From positions 12,648,001-12,712,000 of the forward strand of contig NW_024704752.1 in the NCBI RefSeq assembly GCF_018977255.1: a DNA stretch of 64,000 nt. Reading direction: 5' to 3'. Positions 37,503-48,300 of this stretch are shown here, piece by piece. Source of the stretch: Callorhinchus milii (Eukaryota). The notes beneath the pieces are model-generated. The model saw only the letters and a program-made list of their open reading frames with translations, had not been told where the DNA came from and did no database searches. Both the position numbers and the translations under genes were made by a program. Position 1 is the first letter of the stretch, and each line of letters begins with the position of its first letter.

Positions 37503-38494
37503 GCCTACCCTAAAGGTCTTGCCTACCCTTCCAAACCTCTGGGGAGCCACTTTGAGTTGTATAATTTGAGTGAAGTACTGGTGACTCATTGGGTTTACCT
37601 GCTAGATGGTGTAATATTGAACTACACAGACCCAAGCCAGTCCCAAGTTCATTCCCTGGCGTGTGCTGATTAGCCTGGCTTGGAGCAGGGACTCTGAAAC
37701 TGGCTTTCTGCTCCTGGATTACGAGGCAAAATACAGTTTCAATACCATCTTCACATTGCTATCTAGCGAGCCTTGCTATAATCAAACCCCCATCTATATA
37801 AGCTACAAAATCTGTAGATTTAAATGCCCATGGCTACTTGAGTGAGGCACTAAGAACTAGTATTGCTTGTGGAATTGTACCCTGATTTGAGTTTCTTTCA
37901 GCAACAGATTGTTGTCACTTGGGACCCAGAGTTATTTTGATGCAGAGTCGCCTCAGGTTCTGAAATAAATGGGTCCCAACAGGCTAGAGTTGTTGTAGCA
38001 GTGGTTACAACAACCAAGTACCCCAGAATAATGTTCTGCCTTTAAAATTGAAGCAAACCAACATTCAGTTACTATTGTGTATTTAATTGCTCTTTGAATT
38101 GCTTTGATCTGTTAAAAAATAAAGTTCTTTATTTTTTTTACCAGTTTTAACAAGTTGTTGGGTCTGTTGCTTTGTATTTTCAGTAAGGGTGGTGCAAGAG
38201 AATAAGTGTAGTATGGGGTGCTGTGTAAACTAGTTAGTGTGGGGGAGAGAGGAAGGGTTTAATTGGAGTAGGGGGCAGGTCAGAGTGAGAAACCTTGGTT
38301 TCCTGCAGCTGTGTTGATAATAGTTGGTCCTCTCTAGGGTGTAGACTTTAGTAATATCTGTTTAAATCTGCGCCAACCAGATTGGATTCCAATTTTAGTC
38401 TTGCTTGTGGTGGCAAAACTTGTGTTTAGGGTCCTGTCTGCAGGTGTGACTTCCAAGGTGCTTGAGCCTTTCTTGACCATCTGCTCTCTTACAG

Positions 38495-38570
38495 ATCAAA
38501 AAGCTGGCAGGCTGACACGGACGGGAAGCCTTTCACAGGACGGACTTTCTGGCAACTGACCATTTAGCTG
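38495..38570 (+). other. HDLBP: HDLBP non-coding (5'UTR) exon
   Basis: ctgctctcttacag|ATCAAAAAGCTGGCAGGCTGAC...CATTTAGCTG|gtgagg; resembles the mammalian HDLBP leader exon as I recall it (not aligned here). Confidence 0.8.
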
Positions 38571-39218
38571 GTGAGGGCATACATTTTTATGTATTTCACT
38601 TTATAAACTGGTCAACACTACCAATTTAGATGCTGCATGAGTCACATTTGAAGCAAAGCACACTCAAAATTATAGTCCAAATATACTTGCATCCTGTGTT
38701 ACATGTTGAACATTTAATTGCACCTGGGTCAAATATAGACCATCTTCTACGTTACCATAAAGGTACAATATTTCTATTTTTAAATAAAAATAGATGCAGT
38801 TTTTTACTTGGATCTAAGGAGTGGCCATTTGACAGAGTTTTGAAAGGTCACAAACCCAAATGTTAATCTGTCTATTCTGGATTCTGATTGTCTGGCATTC
38901 CTGTTTTATAATTTCTTAAATATTTGTTTTTTTCCTGTTTTGCGTCCATTACTACATATCGTCCATTCCAGCACTCAACACATAATGGCAAATATTTGCC
39001 TTCCCCTTATTAAAAGTTTCCTCGTTAATGATTTGAATGTTGTGTGATTAAGCCTATATTAAGTTATTAAGGGGGGGCGGAAGGAGGGTTACAGTTAAAT
39101 GTAACCTGGCATTGCAAGGAACAGTCATAGCTGTAGAGCAGAGTAGCGACTTGAGAGATGAAGAACAGAGTGAGTCAAGTAGGGACAATTGTTGCCAAAC
39201 GTTTAAAGATATAATACA

Positions 39219-39537
39219 TAATTAATAATAATTCTTGCATTTGATATAGCTCTTTTTCATGTCTTCTAGACAACTCAAAGCGCTTCACAGAATATACTGT
39301 AAAGTGAATTGACTGTATTTGTGGGCGAAACGCAGCAGCCAATTGCACACAGCAGTGTCCCACAAACAGTCGTGGATTGAACATGATCAATTTATTATTG
39401 TATTGTTTTGGAGGGATTATTATTAGGCGTGTGGAGTAAGGAAACTTGCCCAAGGTTTCGCCCTGTGCCTGGAATTGAACCCAGGTGTCTCGCGTGCAAG
39501 GCGAGTGCTCTAACCACTGAGCTATAGGGCTCCACAG
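39219..39537 (-). mobile_element. Full-length copy of the same tRNA-derived SINE
   Basis: Co-linear and highly similar to 22230-22550. Confidence 0.9.
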
Positions 39538-39544
39538 CGATTCC

Positions 39545-41440
39545 CAGCGATCACATATCCCCTTGAAAAATAAAAATACCACTGGAAAAGTGGTTCAACC
39601 TTGGCTAACTAGAGAAGTTAGGGAAAGTATAAAATTAAAAGAAGAGACCTATAATACTGCCAAAAAGAGCAGTAAATCCGAGGATCGGGAGGGCTTTAGA
39701 GATCAGCAAAGGAAAACCAAGAAACTGATTAAGAGGGAGAAGATGGAATATGAGAGTAAACTAGCTAGGAACATAGAAGATTGTAAGAGTTTTTACAAGT
39801 ACATAAAGAGGAAGAGACTATCAAAAGTGAATGTGGGTCCATTACAGGCAGAGAACGGAGAAATTATAATGGGGAATAAAGAAATGACAGTCATTAAACA
39901 ATTATTTGACTGCTGTCTTCATGTTAGAGGACACTGAAATTTACCGAAAATAGAGGGGAACCTGGAAGCTAATGTTAGTGAGGAACTTAAAGAAATGAAC
40001 ATCAGTAAAGCAATAGTACTAGGAAAATTGATAGGATTAAAAACCGATAAATCCCCTGGACCTGATGGCCTCCATCCTAGGGTTTTAAAAGAGGTAGCTG
40101 CAGAGATAGTGGATGCTTTGTTTTTGATCTTCCAAAATTCCCTGGATTCTGGAATGGTTCCCAGTGATTGGAAGATCACAAACGTATCGCCAATATTTAA
40201 GAAGGGTGGGAGACAAAAAATGGGGGACTATAGACTAGTTAGCCTGACATCGGTGGTAGTGAAAATTCTAGAGTCCTTAGTTAGGGATGTCGTTGTGGGT
40301 TATTTAGAAAATTGTAACATGATTAGGCTGAGTCAACATGGCTTTACGAAAGGGAAATCATTTTTAACAAATCTTAGTTTTTTGAGGATGTAGCTAGCAG
40401 GTTAGATAGGGGGGAACCAGTAGATGTGGTATATTTGGATTTCCAGAAGGCATTCGACAAGGTGCCAGTTAAGATTGCAGCCCATGGAATTAAAGGCAAT
40501 ATATTAGCATGGATTGGAGAGTGACTAACAGGAAGAAAATGGGAGAGTAGGGATAAACGGGTCCTTCTCAGATTGGCTGGTTGTGACCAGTGGAGTGCCA
40601 CAAGGATCAGTGCTTGGGTCTCAATTACTTAGTCTATACCAATGATTTAGATGAGGAAATATATTTTAATATATCTAAATTTGCGGACGATATGAAGATA
40701 GGTGGGGGTGTAAACTGAGGGTGTCACACGAAGAAAGCAAAGGGAAATAGACAGGCTAGGTGAGTGGGCAAGAAGATGGCAGATGGAGTATAACGTAGGG
40801 AAGTGTGAAGTTATTCACGTAGGTAGTAAAAATAGAAAAGCGGATTATTTTCTAGAGGGGGAGAGACTAGGCAGTGTTAGTGTTCGGAGGGATCCGGGTG
40901 AGACCGCACCTAGAACATTGTGTGCAGTTTTGGTCTCTATTTAAGAAAGGACATACTCGCCTTAGAGGGGGTGCAGCGTAGATTCACTAGGTTGGTTCCT
41001 GGGATGAGGGAGTTGACCTATGAGGATCGGTTGAGTAAACTAGGCCTATATTCTCTAGAATATATAATAATTAGAGGTGATCTTATAGAAACCTATAAGA
41101 TTCTGAAGGGTCTTGACAGGGTAGATGCTGTGAAACTGTTTGGAGAATCTAAAACTAGGTGTCATGGTCTCAAGATTAAGGGTCAGCCTTTTCGAACTGA
41201 GTTGAGGAAACATTTCTTCACTCAGAGGGCAGTGAATTTGTGGAATTCTCTACCCCAGAAGGCCGTGGATGCTCAGTCCTTGAACATATTCAAGACTGAA
41301 GTTGATAGATTTCTAAAGGATAGAGGGGTTAAGGGATATGGGAATAGGGCGGGTAAATGGAATTAGGATAGAAGATCAGCCACAATCTTATTAAATGGCA
41401 GGGCAGGCTCGAAGGACCGAATGGCCAACTCTTGCTCCTA
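39545..41440 (+). mobile_element. 5'-truncated, decayed CR1-clade LINE (ORF2 reverse transcriptase and 3'UTR)
   Basis: ORF fragments KSPGPDGLHPRVLKE, QHGFTKGKS, YLDFQKAFDKVP, KFADD and FFTQRAVNLWNSLP, broken by stops and frameshifts; CR1-type 3' end gaatggccaactcttgctcct. Confidence 0.95.
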
Positions 41441-42320
41441 AACATTTCTCTGCCCATTCAAGGATTATTGTTTCCATCTGAGATCATGTCTTCCTGGTAT
41501 GAATGGAAACTGAAGCTGACAAACTGGAATGACTGCTTTACTCAAAGCAGTCTACCTTACTGCTGACAGCTTTGTATTGCATTTCTGAAGATTTGTGTCT
41601 GCAATCCATAAAGATGTTAAATTTTACAGAATATTTGGATGATTAAATCATACGTTATGTAGAAAGATTTTGAAGTTTCTTGTGATGTTAAATGTAATTC
41701 CTTTTATATTTGCATAACTTCAGATGTATGACCTGCCACCCAATTGAGGTTAAGTGGCATGATGCAGTCTCCAAGAACTTAATTCCTAAAGATTTTGTTT
41801 GTGTTCAATCCTGTAAATGTACCTCTGTACGTTTTCTCTGTTTTTATTGGTAATATATAGAGGGGAAAAGAAAGAGAGCTAACTAATTTGTATAGGTTAA
41901 ATCTATTGACTGGGGTCTCTGGTATGGCATAGTGGTCTTCAGTTTCCATTTGATCACCTTTTGAAAGAACCAGTCTAATTATACAAGATTTCTCCCATTG
42001 ATTTCCTTGTTAGTATCACGGTGAGCATTTGTGCATAGTAAAGAAGGTGCGACTGCCACTAGTTATGATGACACCAGAAACGAATATAGCATTGCATGAC
42101 GAGTTCTACCCAAAATGTCTGCTTCGCAGCTGCATTTAAACCAGGACATGGAAAGGATTGAGGAAGAGTAGTTAAATGTACTAGTTGCTCCCTTTACAAC
42201 ACTTGCCACTGTGATTGTTCAGCAGCCGATACTGAGCATACGTTTGAGGTTGGAGTGTATGTAATCATGGTTCTTTATTTCAGTGGCATACCCGGACCTC
42301 GTGTACGTGGGATATCGACA

Positions 42321-42396
42321 ATGAGCTCCGTAGCAGTACTGACGCCTGAAAGCTTTGCTGAGCACAGGAGCGGCCTCAGTGAACAGCAAGCCAAAG
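42321..42396 (+). CDS. HDLBP: HDLBP coding exon 1 (exon starts at 42284)
   Basis: tttcag|TGGC...ACA ATG AGC TCC...AAA G|gtcagt, 76 nt coding. Confidence 0.95.
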
Positions 42397-45300
42397 GTCA
42401 GTGCCAGGGCTTCCAGCTACTATGACAGTTGTACAGGTTAAATCATTAAATGCAGACCCTTCCAACAGTAGCTTCCATCACACATCTCAACATTAACACC
42501 GAATGGAGGGAATTGAGCATTCAATTCTCAAAATGAGTTCAAGTCCTGGGGTGATTTAAGTCTGGTGAGTCTCTCCTTTGTCCCCACAAATCATCTTATC
42601 TGACTGTCAGTCAGTCACTGATTCAGCCGGGTGAGTTTCTAGTGTTCTTGGCAGCACTATTGGAACAAGACACAGTATCATTGTTCCTCTTTTGTGGAAG
42701 GAGAATGTTCATAGAACAGCTTGAACCTCTTAAACTTGAAACTTGTAGGGCTTTGTTACAGAATGACTGACATAGCAGGCTGATGGCTGCAGTTGTGTGT
42801 AAGGAAGGGATTGGCATTATGGCCCTCAGCAAAACATTAGTTAGCAACCTAGGTTGAATATATTTGTATCTGGGGAATCGGATCATTTGTCTTTTCCTCC
42901 CTCTCTAAGTTGTTATATCTCACTGTCGCCACCTGAGCTATCCTTCATTTCTCCTGATGATCGGTAATAACTGCCTTTACACACAGTGCAGGTTTGGTTT
43001 CCAGATTTGGAAATTATTCTTGTGTTTAATGTTTGCACAAAGATTCCATTCAGAAGGTGCATGCTGCTTAAACACAGGGCTTCCTCACAAAGGCATGTAA
43101 TGGGATATCTTTAGTAGAAAGGACTTTTTTTTTACACAGTGATTCAATTTACAGTCAGTGTGAATATTACTTGCACATATTCCATTTGTGCTTTAAATTA
43201 TTGACTATTAATATTTCTATCACTTTTAAGAGTGTGGTAGGAGGAAAGAGCATTTGTTCCTTATCTTTTTAATCTGCTGTTGAACACCATCTCCTAGCAG
43301 ATGGGCATTCAGCTTTCAAAACTTCACTAATGATGTTGTATAAATGCAACAGGGAGGGCAAGGAAATAGTGGTCTTTATTTTGATGTGTTGATTCATTGG
43401 ATTGGCCAAATTTAGTATAAAAATAGTTTTGACTAATGCATTACTACAAACTTGGTTATATGTGTTTTTAAGGCTCTTCACTCTTGCTAACCTTAAATGT
43501 CATTCTCATGGTTACATTACGAGTTTCGGACACTAAGTGATTGTCTTGTTTGGCCTGTAGCAAATGTTGGTTCTGAAGATGAGACTGATGTAGTCCCGAC
43601 CTACAAAGAAGCCTTCCCTCCTCTACCTGAGAAAGTTGTTTCTGTCGAGGCAGCAAACGAACCAGCTGGAGCATGGACCAAAATCCGACCACTTAAATCT
43701 TCACTTATCACTCAGGTATGATGTATAGCTCTGCAACCTCAGCAAAATGGGGATTATGGTAACATAATGCAATTGTAGCATCCCAACTTGGTATTAATAC
43801 TTTTGAAGCTGCAACCTCCTAGTTTGTATGGCCTTGTAATTCACCGAACAGGAATTAATCTTTGCTATTGAATTTGGGGGGGTGTGGGGGCATTTGATTC
43901 ATGCTAGATCTGTTAAATGAGAACTCTGGAGCAGGTGTTTTGGTGGGCTGGATAGACGTTTCTGAAATCTGTTTATACGTGATGTTTCTGCTAAAACCTG
44001 GTTCCTTACTGGATTTCATCAGGTCTTTCATGTCCCTTTGGAAGAGCGCAAGTACAAGGAAATGAACCAGTTTGGGGAAGGAGAGCAGGCCAAGATCTGT
44101 CTGGACATCATGCAGAAGACCGGCGCACACCTTGAACTCTCATTGGCCAAGGATCAAGGTCTTTCCATCATGGTTTCTGGAAAACTTGAGGCTGTCATGA
44201 AAGCAAGGAAGGAGATTGTGGCAAAGCTTCAGACTCAGGTAAGTTTCTGCAGTTGGGGTGGGGGGAGAACATGATCTGATCTTGGTGATCTGGTCATTCA
44301 AAAGCAATTTAAGTACACTGTTAAGAGTGGCAATTTATGTGGTATTTGACATTTTCAGATATGTACCTGGTGTGTGGGCTTATAACCTAGTATTTTACTG
44401 CCCATGTTTATTTAGCTGTCTTGAAATCTGCCCAGGGATCTTTGACTGCCTGTATCTAGGTGTCTGTGCTTGTCCTCGTCTAACTGGCTGTGTTCGTCCT
44501 AGGCATCAGCAACAGTCGCCATCCCGAAGGAGCATCATCGTTTTGTGATTGGAAAGAACGGAGAGAAACTGCAGGAGTTGGAACTGAAAACGGCAACAAA
44601 GATCCAGATCCCTCGGCCTGATGACCCCAGCAACCAGATCAAGATAACTGGGACAAAGGAAGGAATTGAGAAGGCTCGGCACGAAATCCTGCTCATCTCT
44701 GCTGAACAGGTACCCAACGGGTGATGCTGTAACAATGAGGTTTTGTTAGTTGCGTCAATAACATACAGTGATATTTGCAGAACAAATTAAGTACTTTGTT
44801 ATTCCTTGAAAGCTTTCTGAATCTTCTCGCTGCCAATGTTTATTTTGACAGGAGAATAATTTAATAATAGCATTTTATATCTGATTCAAAACGCTTTGCT
44901 GAATTGTTCTGTTACCATATAACGCGTTCTAGAGACATAACTATGATCTAGCTCTCACACAAAATCACACAAATGGGCTTCCAGCCAAGACCTTATTTAT
45001 GTTAGTCTATTTGGCCGCAGCAGCAGGAATGCTAAGGCCTGTTGAAGGGTCTTGACTGAGTTAGCTATCTTAGCACAGTTGGACCTTTCTAGGCTCTGGT
45101 TCAGTACCACTTGGGCAGTACTTTGTGCTATCAGAACTCAAAGTATTTGGGGTTTCCAAAGTGTTGGACACTCGAAAACCTTTGTGTCAATTACTAGAAA
45201 GAAATATATCTTCAACGAAGGCAAATGCTAAAAGTACACAACACGTAGACTAAGATTAGATAGCATTGTAAACTACTGTTTGTATGTGATCATTCGGCAG

Positions 45301-48300
45301 AAAGTGACTGATGGAAGCCAAGCACAAGTTAATACATATTATTCGTGTAGAGGCTGGTGCACCTCCCTTTCCAGTGTTTGCTATTAAAGAGAACCTTTTC
45401 CTTGAGTAAAATATCTTCCTTTTCATTTAGGATAAGCGTGCAGTGGAAAGGATTAACATTGAGAAGGTCTACCATCCCTTCATTGCCGGAGCCTTCAACA
45501 AGGTCTCTGGAGAAATGATGCAGGAGACGGGGACTCGAATCAACATCCCTCCTCCGAGCGTCAACAAGAACGAGATTGTCATCACTGGGGAGAAGGAGCA
45601 AGTAGCGCAGGCTGTAACTCGCATCAAGAGGATCTATGAGGAAAAGGTAAGGCACATTGGTGTCGGGAAATAGTCTGCTTACAGAATGCACATCCACTTG
45701 CAATGTCTCCCAGCAAGCACAATGTTACAGATTACTCCACTGGCACTAATCCAACTACCTTGTGTTTATTCCCAATAACTCTGCCAGCCAGCACCTTGTC
45801 ACTGACGATCTCTTCTGATGGTAATCCTGCTCTCTCGTACTGTCAGGCTCAATAAATCCTAGTTAGTACCCTGTGTTACTGACTGTATTTACTGATAGTC
45901 CATGTCCCTTGTGCTTAAGGATTTTTTTCTCAGATATTGGAGTTCTGTGATGACTATTGACTCCTTGAAGCTTTTCCTTTAGTGACTTGTTGGAGAAACG
46001 TATTGTCTCTTGCTTGCCTCATTTTTATATTAAAAAATTGTCCTTCCAGAAAAAGAAGACCACAACAATTGCTGTGGAAGTGAAGAAATCTCAGCACAAG
46101 TATGTTATTGGTCCCAAAGGCAACTCCTTGCAGGAGATTCTGGAGCGCACCGGAGTCTCAGTCGAAATCCCACCCTCGGACAGCAACTCTGAAACCGTCA
46201 TCCTTCGCGGCGAACCCGATAAACTTGGACAGGCTTTGACCGAGGTCTACGCTAAAGTAAGTGATGTTAGCACTAAACAAGGGCACCAAATTTTTATGCT
46301 CTGGTCAATCAAGCCATGTTCAACTTGGGTTATATAAAGTGTCTTAGATTTACCTGTATCAAATTCTCTTTTCTGTACTTGGAAAAGACATCAAAAGTTA
46401 TTTTCTATGTTGTCTTGGATTTGTAGGTATGAGCGTCCCATGAATTTGTAACTGTTTAAGTGCTAAACAGTTAAGTGTGTGGCATGGGGGAGGGCGAGAG
46501 AATAACTTGTAGAAATTTGAAAGGCAATTGTATGTTAATTTTTGTATCATTTTTGTGTAGATTAGAGATTGAGCATGACTGAAAGCTTGCCTGCACGAAT
46601 CAATGTCTTTGAAAGGGAAGAGAAGCCAAAAAAAAGGCAGCTCTGAGTATCAAGTTCTTCTTGTGACACTGAGCAACCTTGTTCTGTCTAAGCTTGTTTC
46701 ACTCTTTCTAATATTCACTGATGAGCCCTCATTTTCTCTGTCCTTTTCAAGGCTAATAGTTTTACTGTGGCGACTCTGACCGCCCCAGCCTGGCTCCATC
46801 GATTCATCATCGGGAAGAAGGGACAAACCCTGAGCCGCATCACCCAGCAGACCCCAAAGGTACAGTAACTGAAGTAAATTTGAGCTGAACATCATCCCGT
46901 TTGAATTATGTGCAAGGCGGCTGGGAGGGGTTGGTTAATGGTCTTAATTTTCCTCCCAAGTCCATTGTAGTGAAAGATCAGAGGGTTTGTGCCCCGTCCA
47001 TGAGCGTTGCACTGAAGTAGAATGTGGATGGTCAGATGCTCCTATTGGAGTGACTTTGAGGAGTCTGTAGCCAATTAACCGGCCCTGATGCCTAATGGAG
47101 GAAACAAGAGGTGAATCTGAACATTGGGTATCAAACTGAATGTATTTCTGTCTATAATTCTGTTGGTTCAGGTACACATCGAATTCACTGATGGTGAAGA
47201 TAGGATTAGTATGGAAGGCCCAACCAAGGAAGTGAAACAAGTTCAGGAGCAGATTCAACTTATTGTGGAAGACCTGGTGAGTGACTTTAGAATTAATTGC
47301 AAACCCAAACTGAATTATCCTAGAGATGAAAGTTCACTGATTATTGTCTCTTGGGGGTTGCGGTCCCAGAATTGGCAAAAATCTTGTGACCTAATGGATA
47401 ATGCTTGATTGCTCTATTCATAGACAAAAGTTATGAAAATCTATTAGTTTTTGTCTATGGTTGTTTTAAATTTTTTTAAGTTTAAAACCTGCTTGGTTAA
47501 TTGTCTGGAGCAATGACTTTCATTGAATGTTGCACTGGCCAGGTGAGAAATTTTTACTGTATCTTTGAACACCATCTTACCAGTTGTGAGGCATAAATTT
47601 AAATTGAACCTACGCTGAAAAGGATCAGCTCTGCCAGTCTTGGTGAAATATGTTGTGGGAGCAGTTTGAAACCAGGTTTTGGTGGGTGGGCAATCTGAGC
47701 ACAAAATTGTCTGTTATAGAATTAATTAGTATTCCATTTCTTGCTGAGACATTAGTTTTGTTTACTGAGATGGCGCTCCCTGGTATAGGACAGGAACCTC
47801 CAACGCACATTTGTGCATCCTTTTTACGTAGGGTGAAGTTTGACTCGCCATCATGTATTCATTTCAGGTAAACCGCATGGACTACACCGAAATTACAATT
47901 GATCCCAAGTTTCACCGCCATCTAATCGGGAAGAGTGGAACAAATAGTAAGTAGCTTGAATTGTGTAGAAATGTGAACTATTTAGGGCCAGATTGCTTCT
48001 AAGGATGGTTGAAAGATAAATAGGCACTGAATATCTGTTAAGTAATGATATATCTTTGATAATTGTTTATTACACATGGTAATCGACAGTTGCAGTTTTT
48101 TTGTTCACCAAGGACGGTGATTGAGAGCGGTACACTGGACTTGTTAAGAATTATCTTAATGCTCTTGTAGGATGATGGTAGGATTAGTATTCCGGAAGGA
48201 AGAGCCTAAGGGGCCTCCGTTGACTGATCTATAAAATTCCTGAGGACTAAATCACTAGATGGCCTTGGTGTCATCCCACATCTGGCTGCTAGCCAGAGTG

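Noticed and set aside
39563-41366. Functional reverse transcriptase gene
   Set aside because: 5'-truncated, with multiple stops, frameshifts and deletions; a dead CR1 copy.
42060-42130. Intronic C/D-box snoRNA (ATGATGA start)
   Set aside because: No suitably placed CTGA D box or terminal stem; other ATGATGA hits (~5487, ~8879, ~15934) also fail.
38495-42320. Non-AUG N-terminal extension of vigilin
   Set aside because: The main frame is closed by TGA at 38557-38559, only 16 codons upstream of the ATG in the spliced leader, so the CTG and ACG starts cannot extend vigilin.
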